From Propionibacteriaceae bacterium (GTDB taxonomy: Bacteria; Actinomycetota; Actinomycetes; Propionibacteriales; Propionibacteriaceae): a stretch of 64,000 bases of DNA. A program made the position numbers and the translations under genes. The stretch spans positions 10,019 through 74,018 of the forward strand of contig DATLQP010000291.1 of NCBI GenBank assembly GCA_035535155.1, given 5' to 3'. The notes under the pieces are model-generated. The model saw only the letters and a program-made list of their open reading frames with translations, searched no databases and was not told the DNA's origin. Positions 40,219-49,589 of this stretch are shown here, piece by piece; within the stretch, counting starts at the first letter, position 1; each line of letters opens with the position of its first letter.

Positions 40219-40257
40219 CTGCAGATCGCCCGCGATGTTCGCGCCGCCGATCTGCAG
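40219..40257. repeat. Intergenic inverted repeat / hairpin
   Basis: CTGCAGATCG (40219-40228) pairs with CGATCTGCAG (40248-40257), with an inner CGCGA/TCGCG stem. Confidence 0.7.
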
Positions 40258-40423
40258 GAGGAGCTGACGAAACGCGTCGAGAGCAGAGCTGATTTCCATC
40301 GAGGTCGTTTCGTCGGATTCGACGAAGACGGCGGCTTCCCAGCGAACATTGCAGCGAGCGATGCGAGCGGTCAGGCACAGCGAGCCATCCGAGCGGAGCA
40401 ATCAACCTGCGAGACTGAGCGCC

Positions 40424-41317
40424 ATGCGAGGCATCATTCTGGCCGGCGGATCCGGCACGCGGCTGCATCCGGTCACGCTCGGCGTGAGCAAGCAGCTGGT
40501 CCCGGTCTACGACAAGCCGATGATCTACTATCCCTTGTCGACGTTGATCTTCGCCGGGATCCGCGACGTGTTGGTGATCACCACGCCACACGATGCGGCT
40601 GCCTTTCATCGGTTGTTGGGAGACGGCTCCCAGTTCGGCATAGCGATCAGCTATGCCGAGCAACCTTCGCCGGATGGACTGGCGCAGGCCTTTGTCATCG
40701 GCGCCGACTTCGTCGGTTCGCAGAAGGTAGCGCTGGTGCTCGGCGACAACATCTTCTACGGCCCCGGCTTGGGCACCCAACTGCGACGATTCGCCGATGT
40801 CGAGGGTGGTGCTGTCTTCGCCTATTGGGTCGCCGAGCCCGGGGCGTACGGCGTCGTCGAATTCGACGCGGAAGGCCGCGCCATCTCGTTGCAGGAGAAG
40901 CCTGCTCATCCGCGGTCGAACTACGCCGTTCCCGGACTGTACTTCTACGACAACGACGTCATTGAGATCGCCGCCCAACTCCGTCCGTCCGCGCGCGGCG
41001 AGTACGAGATCACCGACGTGAACCGCCACTACCTCGAGGCTGGAAAGCTACAGGTGGGCGTTCTGCCGCGCGGTACGGCCTGGCTGGACACCGGGACGTT
41101 CGAGTCCATGAACGACGCCTGCAACTTCGTACGCACCATCGAGGCTCGGCAGGGACTCAAGATCGGGGCTCCTGAGGAAGCGGCCTGGCGGCAAGGCTTC
41201 TTGACCGACGATGAGCTTGAACAGCGGGCTCACGCTTTGCTGAAGTCGGGCTACGGGACCTACCTTGCCGACATCTTGGAGCGACAGCGGCACAGCGCGA
41301 TGAACGTCGTGCGCTGA
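40424..41317 (+). CDS. rmlA: Glucose-1-phosphate thymidylyltransferase
   Basis: [54 protein letters not shown]. Confidence 0.97.
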   Translation: MRGIILAGGSGTRLHPVTLGVSKQLVPVYDKPMIYYPLSTLIFAGIRDVLVITTPHDAAAFHRLLGDGSQFGIAISYAEQPSPDGLAQAFVIGADFVGSQKVALVLGDNIFYGPGLGTQLRRFADVEGGAVFAYWVAEPGAYGVVEFDAEGRAISLQEKPAHPRSNYAVPGLYFYDNDVIEIAAQLRPSARGEYEITDVNRHYLEAGKLQVGVLPRGTAWLDTGTFESMNDACNFVRTIEARQGLKIGAPEEAAWRQGFLTDDELEQRAHALLKSGYGTYLADILERQRHSAMNVVR

Positions 41318-41330
41318 GCAGGTCCAGGCC

Positions 41331-43334
41331 TCATCGGCGGCCACGGCGGACCCTCAGATAGTCGGCCACCACGTACTCCCCGAGGCGAGAGATGTCCGGC
41401 GTAAACACCCGACCTCCGGCGCGCCGGGCGAGCGCATCGACAAAGCGGGCAAGGCCCGGATCGTCGCCAAGCATGAAGGTGTTGATGGTTGCGCCGTAGC
41501 GAGCGAGCTCATCCACCTCCCCGATGGTGGCCCGCAGCGTTTCAGAGGTCGTCGGCCAACGGAAATAAGCGTCTCCACCACCAGTCAGGTGAGCCGTGGG
41601 TTCACCGTCGGTAACGACGAGCACGACAGGCTCCGCATCCGGATGACGCCTTACGTGCCGCAAGGCGAGCAGCAACGCATGCTGCAGGTTGGTGCCCTGC
41701 GTCCACTCCGGCTCCGCTTCGGCCAACTCGACCGGCGTCAGTCGGCGCGCCAGCCGGTTGAACCCGATGACCTGAAGTGCGTCCTGCCGAAATCGAGTCT
41801 CAATGAGCTGATTGAGCGCGAGTGCGGTTTGCTTCATCGGTCCCCAGCGTCCGTCATGCACCATGGAGAACGACAGGTCCACGCACAGTGCCACCGCAGC
41901 GCTGGTTCGCCGCTCGGTTTCGGTGACCTCGAAATCATCGACTTCCAGATTCACACCGTTTGATCCCAGTCCCGATCTGCGCAGCGCATTGGACACCGTA
42001 CGCGGGGCGTCGATCGGCAACTCGTCACCGAAGACCCAGCGCCGGGTCATGCCGGTGGGCTCGTCAGCCGCGCCAGTCTGGTGCTCGTCGTGATCGCCGT
42101 TGCTCGAGCCGTCGAGCTGCGCGAACACTCGGCGGAGCGCAGTCTGACCCAGCCGTCGTACGGCACGCGGAGTCAGCCGCAGCCCGTCCTCACCGCGGGT
42201 CAGGTAGCCCTGCCGCTCCAGCTCTTGCTCAAGATCACGCAGCGCCTGTAGGTCACTCACGGCCTCGCGGCCGAGGTGCTTGGCCAGCAGGTCGACGTCC
42301 ACATCGTCCAGCGTCGACACGTGCTCGCCCTGGGCAAGCTGCGCCTGCAGCTCCTCCAGATCGGCAAGGTCGGCGACCGCCTCCACGGCCGCGCTGTAAC
42401 CGAGCGGCTCACCACCCGGCCGCATGCCCGACGGCTGATCCCGATCAAGGTCCGGCCGCAATGCGCGCAGATTGTCCGCCAGCTGCGCCATCTCCGCGGC
42501 AAGATCTGCCTCCGCTAACGCCTGGCTCATCAGTTGGCCGAGCTGCTCGCGCTGCTCGGGACTGAGCGAAGCCATCAGCCTCATGGCGGCTGCCTCGCGC
42601 CGAGCCAGCGCGTCGATCAGCTCCTCCACAGTTTCCGGCTGCTCGGGGAAGAACTCGCCATGCCGCTCCATGAACTCGGCAAACTGGTCGGTCGTATCCT
42701 CCTGCCGGGCGTGTGCCGCCAGCAACGCATTGAGATCGGCCAACATGTCTTTCACGCGTTGCATGGCTTCGGGATCCGGCGACTCGAGCGCCTGTTTGAT
42801 GCCCGCGAACTGGGCGTCCAGTACCTCCCGCTGCAGCATGTTCTTGATCGCCTCGAAGATCTCGCGGGCTTCTTGGGATCGCCACGGGTAGTGATCAAGG
42901 CCCCGGACAGCACCGGCAACATCGTCGGGCAGGGTGTCCAGCTCCAGCTCCGCCAGCCGTGCCTCCTGCGAGTTATCGGCTGCGAGGGTATCCCGCTCTG
43001 CCGCAAGCGCTTGATCGAGCGCTGCCCGGACCTGATCCATGACCCCACCCAGATCGCCACGACGCCGCGTCTGCGCGCGCAGCTTCCTGATCTTCTCGGC
43101 AAGCCGGTCCAGGCCACGACCGTCGATACCGCGGCGCATCAGATCTCGCAGCGCATCCCGGAGCGTCCCAGCAGAAAGCACGTCCTGACCGATCCGGTCG
43201 ATGGCCTCGCGTACGTCGAACGGCGGCTTGAGCGGATCCGGGCCGCCACGCCAGGCTCCGTAGCGGAAACGGTGATGGGCCCGGTCCGGTCCCTCACTGT
43301 CTGGGTGATCGCGATCGCTGTTACCGGAAACCAT
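41331..43334 (-). CDS. VWA (MIDAS) domain protein
   Basis: RYGAWRGG N-terminus, long helical middle, DLSFS / GTN / VTDGEPT MIDAS residues; resembles the Rv0959-type family. Confidence 0.85.
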   Translation of the reverse strand: MVSGNSDRDHPDSEGPDRAHHRFRYGAWRGGPDPLKPPFDVREAIDRIGQDVLSAGTLRDALRDLMRRGIDGRGLDRLAEKIRKLRAQTRRRGDLGGVMDQVRAALDQALAAERDTLAADNSQEARLAELELDTLPDDVAGAVRGLDHYPWRSQEAREIFEAIKNMLQREVLDAQFAGIKQALESPDPEAMQRVKDMLADLNALLAAHARQEDTTDQFAEFMERHGEFFPEQPETVEELIDALARREAAAMRLMASLSPEQREQLGQLMSQALAEADLAAEMAQLADNLRALRPDLDRDQPSGMRPGGEPLGYSAAVEAVADLADLEELQAQLAQGEHVSTLDDVDVDLLAKHLGREAVSDLQALRDLEQELERQGYLTRGEDGLRLTPRAVRRLGQTALRRVFAQLDGSSNGDHDEHQTGAADEPTGMTRRWVFGDELPIDAPRTVSNALRRSGLGSNGVNLEVDDFEVTETERRTSAAVALCVDLSFSMVHDGRWGPMKQTALALNQLIETRFRQDALQVIGFNRLARRLTPVELAEAEPEWTQGTNLQHALLLALRHVRRHPDAEPVVLVVTDGEPTAHLTGGGDAYFRWPTTSETLRATIGEVDELARYGATINTFMLGDDPGLARFVDALARRAGGRVFTPDISRLGEYVVADYLRVRRGRR

Positions 43335-43345
43335 GATTATTCCTG

Positions 43346-44749
43346 TCAGGCTGCTCCGTAGATCGCCCGCCCGTTGACGATCTCCTTCTCGATCCGACGG
43401 GTCAAATGCAAACCCTCCAAGGTGAACTCGGCTGCGGCCGCCACCTGTCCACGTCCGGCGGAATCGTCGTAGCCGAGCCGGGATAACACTTTGAACAATC
43501 CAGGCACCGCGCCGAGTTGGGACAACAGGTCCGATGCCGGGACAAGATCACCGGTCTCGACCAAGCCACCTTGGGCGAAGACCTCGGTGAAACCGGACAG
43601 ATCCAGGCCGGAGAGCCGATCCCGGAACGTCCCCGCAACGGCGAGCCGCAACAGGTGTTCGAGGACGGCCCGCTCTCGACCTTCCTCGCCCATCTCGAAC
43701 TCGATTTTGCCGAGCAGGGTAGGCAGCACTACAGCAAGATCACAGGTCCGCGCGACAGCTGTTTCGTGATCACGATTTCGTGCGGCACGGCGCAAGGCCG
43801 AGGCCGCAACCCCTTCCGCTGCTGCGATCGCAAAGCGGGCTGAAATACCCGAGCGCTGATCGACCGAGCTGGATTCGCGGAGGTTACGGGTGAGCCGCGC
43901 CAGCACCTCCAGCAGATGATCACCGACCTCGGCAACCAGGTTGGTCTCCTGGCGGATCAGCGTCACCTCGTCGGCGAGTTCGGTGAGGTAGTGGGTCCGG
44001 AGCTCAGCGCCGAAACGGTCCTTCAATGGAGTGATGATGCGGCCCCGATTTGTGTAGTCCTCCGGGTTTGCTGTGGCGATGAGAAAGACGTCCAGCGGGA
44101 GTCGCAGCGAGTAACCGCGTACCTGGATGTCCCGCTCTTCCAAGACATTGAACAAGGCGACCTGAATGCGCTCGGCCAGATCGGGCAGCTCGTTGAGACC
44201 GAACACACCTCGGTTGGTACGCGGCACGAGTCCGTAATGCACCGTCTCCGGATTGCCGAGAGTGCGGCCCTGGGCAACCTTGACGGGATCGACATCACCG
44301 ATCAAGTCACCGACCGAGGTATCAGGCGTCGCCAGCTTCTCGGTGTATCGCTCGTCGCGGTGTCGCCACTCGATAGGCAGTTCGTCGCCTAACTCAGCAG
44401 CCAACGCCCGACACCGGAGGCACACCGGCGCGTACGGGTCATCGTGGATCTCGCAGCCGGCGACCTCTGGGCTCCACTCATCAAGCAACCCGGCTATCGT
44501 CCGCATCAGTCGAGTCTTGCCCTGCCCACGCTCACCGAGCAGCACCAGATCATGGCCGGCGAGAATCGCACTCTCCAGCTCCGGCAGCACGGTCAGATCG
44601 AAACCAACGATGCCGGGAAACGCCGCTGCCTCGGAGCGGAGGCGGTGCAGCAGGTTGTCGCGAAGCTCAGCCTTGATGCGGCGGCTCCGATATCCAGATG
44701 CCCAGAGCTGGCCTCGAGTGGCTGGCTCCGGGTGCGAAGGCTCACGCAT
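43346..44749 (-). CDS. AAA+ ATPase, Mg-chelatase/MoxR-like
   Basis: GERGQGKT Walker A, GLNELPDL Walker B variant, ATANPEDY sensor 1, LKDRFG arginine finger; TACTGT 7 nt before ATG 44749. Confidence 0.85.
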   Translation of the reverse strand: MREPSHPEPATRGQLWASGYRSRRIKAELRDNLLHRLRSEAAAFPGIVGFDLTVLPELESAILAGHDLVLLGERGQGKTRLMRTIAGLLDEWSPEVAGCEIHDDPYAPVCLRCRALAAELGDELPIEWRHRDERYTEKLATPDTSVGDLIGDVDPVKVAQGRTLGNPETVHYGLVPRTNRGVFGLNELPDLAERIQVALFNVLEERDIQVRGYSLRLPLDVFLIATANPEDYTNRGRIITPLKDRFGAELRTHYLTELADEVTLIRQETNLVAEVGDHLLEVLARLTRNLRESSSVDQRSGISARFAIAAAEGVAASALRRAARNRDHETAVARTCDLAVVLPTLLGKIEFEMGEEGRERAVLEHLLRLAVAGTFRDRLSGLDLSGFTEVFAQGGLVETGDLVPASDLLSQLGAVPGLFKVLSRLGYDDSAGRGQVAAAAEFTLEGLHLTRRIEKEIVNGRAIYGAA

Positions 44750-44918
44750 GCAGAAGACAGTACGACGCCACCCAAGGTCGGCTCGTTCCCCAGCTTGATT
44801 GCTCCGCTCCGCTCCGCGCGGACCGCGCTCACTCGCGGGGCCGAGCGCCTCCCGCATTTCGTGCCGGAGGCAGAGTAAGTTGAAGAGAACAATGCCGCAC
44901 GAGGAGCCGCCGCGACGG

Positions 44919-46205
44919 ATGCGCAGCGCACGACTGGTGGGACTCAGCCCGGACGGGAAGTCCCTGATCGTGGTCACCGAGAGCGGTGAGGAATTGATCA
45001 TCGAGGCGGACGAAAGACTCCGCGCAGCGGTGCGGGGCGACCGACCGCGGCTCGGACAACTGGAGATCGAGATGCAAACCTCACTCACCCCCCGTGATAT
45101 TCAAGCCCGGATCCGGGCCGGCGAGAGCCTCGAGGATGTGGCCGGCGTCGCAGGACTTCCACTGGACCGAGTCGAGCGCTTCGCGGCGCCCGTCCTTGCT
45201 GAGCGCGAACATGTGGCATCCATGGCAATGTCGTCTTCGGTACGCCGCCGTGGTGAGCCGTCGGGCCACCGTAGCTTGCGCATAACCGTCACTGAGCGGC
45301 TCCTCGGGCGGGGAGTCGACATCGACGCGATCAGCTGGGACTCCTATCGACTGGACGACGGACGCTGGGCCGTTACGGCGGACTATCGGGCCGGAGAGGC
45401 AAGCCGGCACGCAGCCTTCTTCTACGACCTTCGGGGACGGTTCTCCGTCGCCGGAAACGACGAGGCTCAGTGGTTGCTCGGTGATCAGCAGTCCTCAGTC
45501 ACAGGCCTGCATTCACCCCGGCCGCGGCTCGCGGAATCGGGCGAGGGTGGCGACAACGAGCCCACCCTCGATCTAAGCGAAAGGCTTGCGGCAACGAAGC
45601 GGCCCCATCCCGTGTCGCAGCCGCCAGTTGCTGAGGAGGCGGGCGAGGAGGAGGAGCCGACAGTGGCTGTCTCGCGGGTGCTGCATCCGGTGCCGTCTCG
45701 CTCAGGTCCAGTGGACATGCCCGTCCCGAGCGGCGCGGACAATGATGAGACAGGCCAGTCGCCAATCGGAACGCTCTACGAGGTGCTGGGCGGCGACGGC
45801 TACAGCGAGGACTCGCCCCGGGTGTACGCGGGGCTGAGCGATGCCACTGCGGTGCCGGAAACCGGTACGACCACCGACGGCGGCTGGGAGCCAGCGATCG
45901 TGATCAACTATCCCGTTGAACCGAGCATCCACGAGGACTCCGCACTTGATGTTCCGGAAACCGTGGGGCACCCACCACGGCTCTCACGGGAGGCCGGCGG
46001 ACCGGAGTTGCCGGGCACCGACGAGCCCGGACCGCCGGATCCCACGGTAAATCTGGCCGATCGGACCGACGAAGCACACGAGTTCGAGATGGAGTCTTTG
46101 GCGCACCCCGACACGCAGCCTCAGCGCACGAGCATGAAACGCAAGCGGGCGTCGGTACCGAGCTGGGACGAGATCATGTTCGGCGGCCCCAAACGGCAGA
46201 GCTAG
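44919..46205 (+). CDS. sepH: Septation regulator SepH (DUF3071)
   Basis: LTPRDIQARIRAGES HTH, VERFAAPVLAER, WDSY, disordered acidic region, C-terminal KRASVPSWDEIMFG. Confidence 0.85.
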   Translation: MRSARLVGLSPDGKSLIVVTESGEELIIEADERLRAAVRGDRPRLGQLEIEMQTSLTPRDIQARIRAGESLEDVAGVAGLPLDRVERFAAPVLAEREHVASMAMSSSVRRRGEPSGHRSLRITVTERLLGRGVDIDAISWDSYRLDDGRWAVTADYRAGEASRHAAFFYDLRGRFSVAGNDEAQWLLGDQQSSVTGLHSPRPRLAESGEGGDNEPTLDLSERLAATKRPHPVSQPPVAEEAGEEEEPTVAVSRVLHPVPSRSGPVDMPVPSGADNDETGQSPIGTLYEVLGGDGYSEDSPRVYAGLSDATAVPETGTTTDGGWEPAIVINYPVEPSIHEDSALDVPETVGHPPRLSREAGGPELPGTDEPGPPDPTVNLADRTDEAHEFEMESLAHPDTQPQRTSMKRKRASVPSWDEIMFGGPKRQS

Positions 46206-47057
46206 TCAGGGATGACGTCCGATCGCAATAGGGCGCCTCGCATCAGTGATCCAATCGCTCCAGGAACCTGGATAGATCGCAGCCGTCAGGCCGGCCGACT
46301 CCAGCGCCAACAGGCTCTGAGCCGCAGTGATTCCTGAGCCGCAGTAGAGCACAGCGTTGTCGATGCCGCCTACTGCCTCGTACAACCCCGCTATCTGGGC
46401 GGGCGGTAGGAACCGGCCGTCCGGATAGGCATGCGCCGAGGACGGCAGACTGACCGCCCCCGGGATATGACCGGCGACTGGGTCGATCGGCTCGATTTCC
46501 CCTGCGAAGCGCTCGGTAGTTCGCACGTCGACCAGCGTGGGAGCGTCCGGTCGTCCCAGCTGTCCCGCGATCTCCGCGGCGCTCAGCTGTCGGCGTCGGC
46601 CTGGCCGAGCAACGAAGTCACCCGGAGTTGGCAGGGCCGACGGGCCCGATGCGGTCGGGAGGCCGGCTGCAGTCCAGGCGGCGAGACCGCCATTGAGGAC
46701 CCTCACGTGATCGTGCCCGGCGTCGGTCAACAGCCACCACAAACGGGCCGCCGCCTGGGACGTTGCAGCGTCGTAGGCAACGACCAGCAAATCCTGGCGT
46801 ACGCCGATGTCCCGCATCGCCTGCTCGAAGACGGCGACTGGTGGGAGCGGATGACGGCCACCGGCGCCCGGCGGCCCGGCGAGGTGGGCATCCAGATCCA
46901 CCCAGAGCGCGCCGGGTATGTGGCCCGCTTCGAAGTCCGACCTACCGGATGGTCCACCAAGTGTCCAGCGCACGTCGGCGACGATGGGCGGCTGATCCGA
47001 GCCGAGCAGCTCGGCGAGCTCTGCCGGCGACATCAACACGGATTCAGAGCTCATCAT
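46206..47057 (-). CDS. Tandem-rhodanese sulfurtransferase
   Basis: DVRWTL, GHIPGA, GGRHPLP, VLNGG, AGHIPGA, YCGSGITA active-site loop, YPGSWSDW. Confidence 0.92.
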   Translation of the reverse strand: MMSSESVLMSPAELAELLGSDQPPIVADVRWTLGGPSGRSDFEAGHIPGALWVDLDAHLAGPPGAGGRHPLPPVAVFEQAMRDIGVRQDLLVVAYDAATSQAAARLWWLLTDAGHDHVRVLNGGLAAWTAAGLPTASGPSALPTPGDFVARPGRRRQLSAAEIAGQLGRPDAPTLVDVRTTERFAGEIEPIDPVAGHIPGAVSLPSSAHAYPDGRFLPPAQIAGLYEAVGGIDNAVLYCGSGITAAQSLLALESAGLTAAIYPGSWSDWITDARRPIAIGRHP

Positions 47058-47733
47058 CGACTGCTCCAACATCCCCAAGCGGAAGCGGTTCGGAGAAGCT
47101 CGCCTGCGCCACTGCCCGGGTCACTCGACGGCGGTGATGCCGCCGGCACAACACCTCGTACGCGACCTTCTTCCCAACTTCACGACCGTCTGCATCAGAA
47201 GGGGGCATAGTGTCGCCGATCACCACCTGGTCACCCTCCAGCACCATCGAGCCGTTGACGGTTCGCGCATTATGTGTTGCCCGCTCCCCACACCAGCACA
47301 GAGCGCGCACCTGGAGGACCTCGATCCGATCGCAGAGCTCGACGAGCCGTTGTGAGCCGGGGAACAGCCGAGTCGCAAAGTCGGTGAGGAGTCCGATGGC
47401 GAATACGTCGATCTGCAGCTCGTCGACGAGTCGGGCGAGCTGATCAATATGTTTCGCCGAGTAGAACTGCGTCTCATCGCAGACCAGGTAGTCGATCCGC
47501 TGACCGCTGGTCAACTGGGCGACCACGTAGTTCCAGAAGTCGAAACCCCAGCTGACCTCGATCGCCGCCCGAGCCAGGCCAAGACGTGAGGAGATCGTCG
47601 ACTCACCGGCACGATCACGGCTGGTGAAGAGCCGACCCTTCCGTCCTGCCACGGCTTGGGTGTAGTCCAGCTGCAAAGCCAGCGTTGACTTGCCGCAATC
47701 CATGGGTCCGGTGAAGTAGCACAACTCAGCCAC
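47044..47733 (-). CDS. tdk: Thymidine kinase
   Basis: GPMDCGKST P-loop, DETQF, GLLTDF, LCWCG, YEVLCRRHH; GAGGAGG RBS. Confidence 0.92.
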   Translation of the reverse strand: MAELCYFTGPMDCGKSTLALQLDYTQAVAGRKGRLFTSRDRAGESTISSRLGLARAAIEVSWGFDFWNYVVAQLTSGQRIDYLVCDETQFYSAKHIDQLARLVDELQIDVFAIGLLTDFATRLFPGSQRLVELCDRIEVLQVRALCWCGERATHNARTVNGSMVLEGDQVVIGDTMPPSDADGREVGKKVAYEVLCRRHHRRRVTRAVAQASFSEPLPLGDVGAVDDEL

Positions 47734-47758
47734 GGCGGAGTCCTCCTCATCCCACCAT

Positions 47759-48937
47759 TCAGGCCACGATGAGCGGCACCAGCATCTCGGCTGGTGTCAA
47801 TGACCCATGCATGCCGACCAGCGTGAATTCCCGAGGAAACGCCCTCGTCATGATCGCCCAGTCGTCGCGGAGGGCGACCAGCACGTGTCCCCAACGATCA
47901 CGTAGTTGATCATCGATCGCAGCGAACCAGCCTTCCTCGATGGCCTCCTCACGGGTCCGCACCCAGGCCAGCTCACCGAGTCGTGCACGCCAGCGATCCG
48001 CCACCCGCTGCGGCGATTCATGATCAACATACAGCTGCCGGAAGCGACCCTCTCCGGCCAGCGCCGAGACGCCGCTCATCAGAGCAGGATCATCCTCAGC
48101 CACGATGCGCTGGCCCGGCGGGATGTCGATCATTCCATGATCAGCAGTAACGATCACCGTTACCTCGGGAGGTAGCGCCGCGCGCAGCCGCTCGCACATG
48201 GCGTCGATCCGCGCCAGCTGCTCGAGCCAGGTAACCGAACTGCAGCCGTGTACGTGCCCGCAATGATCGAGTTCTCGTTCGTAGGCGTACACCACGCTGC
48301 GATCACCGCGTAGGGCTGCTTCCGCGATCAGTGCAATCCGAAGGTCCTCGGCACTGTCTTCGGTGAACGGTACAAAGTCCGCTCCGCGCAGTGCCGCCTC
48401 GGTCAATCCAGTGCCCCGGAACCGCGTCAAAGCGACCGATGTCACCGCAATTCCGCTTCTCGCGGCGCGCTCGAAGAATGTCGGCTTGGACTGGTAGACC
48501 GTCGGAGCCGGGTCGGTCTCCCAGGTCAGGGCGTTCAGGATCTCGCCGGTGGCGGGCACCCGTGAGGTGTAACCGACCAGACCGTGCTGGCCCGGCGGCA
48601 GACCTGTGCCCAGGCTGGCGAGGCTGGTCACCGTCGTACTTGGCACCGCCGAGGTAATCGGCTGCGCACTGCCGAGCAGCGACGCAAGATACGGCGCCTC
48701 GCGTACGGCGCGCCGGAGCAAGTTCCAGCCGAGCCCGTCGATCAGTACCACGACGTAGCGAGCAGACTGCGGCAGCCGGAAGGCGTCCTCGCTGAACTCT
48801 GGTATCCGCAGGTGCGCACCGATGCTTGGAAGGAGTTCCCCGAGGGTGGCGGAGTTGTACGGCGGAACAACCATCGCGGGTAGTGACTTACTCGACGCCA
48901 CCTCTGGCGAAGATCTCCGCACCAAAGGTGAGGTCAT
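47759..48937 (-). CDS. Alkaline-phosphatase superfamily / nucleotide pyrophosphatase-like protein
   Basis: LIDGLG, VPSTT (Thr nucleophile), ELDHCGH, TADHG, GMHGSLT metal-ligand motifs. Confidence 0.88.
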   Translation of the reverse strand: MTSPLVRRSSPEVASSKSLPAMVVPPYNSATLGELLPSIGAHLRIPEFSEDAFRLPQSARYVVVLIDGLGWNLLRRAVREAPYLASLLGSAQPITSAVPSTTVTSLASLGTGLPPGQHGLVGYTSRVPATGEILNALTWETDPAPTVYQSKPTFFERAARSGIAVTSVALTRFRGTGLTEAALRGADFVPFTEDSAEDLRIALIAEAALRGDRSVVYAYERELDHCGHVHGCSSVTWLEQLARIDAMCERLRAALPPEVTVIVTADHGMIDIPPGQRIVAEDDPALMSGVSALAGEGRFRQLYVDHESPQRVADRWRARLGELAWVRTREEAIEEGWFAAIDDQLRDRWGHVLVALRDDWAIMTRAFPREFTLVGMHGSLTPAEMLVPLIVA

Positions 48938-49512
48938 ACCGGCGCCGCTCGCTGAAGCGAGCTGGCGAACCGCACCAGGCGCGCAACTCGATCCGGGCCA
49001 TCAGCCGCCGCGCTCATCCGTACCGTCAGGTCGTCACCGACCAACGTCCCGGTGTAACCGTGATCTGCCTCGCATTGCGGATCACTACACGTCGCCAACT
49101 CGAGGTCGATCCGGCGTACCGCTCCCCAACCGACCGTCAGCCAGGTCTCGAAGACATCCTCCGAACCGGCCTGGTAGGCCTCCGGCTGGGTGACAACGCG
49201 GGTGAGGGCGACGGTGTTGATCTTGCTCAGCGCCACCGACTCGGTGGAGGAGGCAGCGTAGATCCCTGGTGTCGGAGGCTCGGCAGGCTGGTCATCGGTA
49301 TGCCCGATCACCAGCCGAGTCGGTGTCAAGGCGAGTACGGTCACGTGACGGTGGATCTCGTCGTGGTTGAACGTCGGCTCATGGTGCACCACAAAGTCCA
49401 GTAACTCCTCGTCGGCGATGGCAAGCATGACCGCATCCTCGACGAGTTCCGGAAAGTATCCGCACGCATCAATTTCGGCGCGTAGCTCCTTCCTGGTAGA
49501 GCCAATCCGCAT
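48934..49512 (-). CDS. DUF5998 family protein
   Basis: GYFPELV, HHEPTF, RHVTVLALTPTRL, GWGAVRRIDLE, CEADHGYTG. Confidence 0.85.
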   Translation of the reverse strand: MRIGSTRKELRAEIDACGYFPELVEDAVMLAIADEELLDFVVHHEPTFNHDEIHRHVTVLALTPTRLVIGHTDDQPAEPPTPGIYAASSTESVALSKINTVALTRVVTQPEAYQAGSEDVFETWLTVGWGAVRRIDLELATCSDPQCEADHGYTGTLVGDDLTVRMSAAADGPDRVARLVRFASSLQRAAPV

Positions 49513-49589
49513 GTCGATCATCCTGCCATGCACCACCGACAGTCGCGCGATTCCTTGTGCCCTGCTTGCGCATCACTTGTGAAGTCCGC

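Noticed and set aside
44757-44790. GGAAC-N18-GTC ECF promoter upstream of the AAA+ gene
   Set aside because: The -10 part is not the GTT consensus, and a TACTGT housekeeping -10 at leaderless spacing already explains the start.
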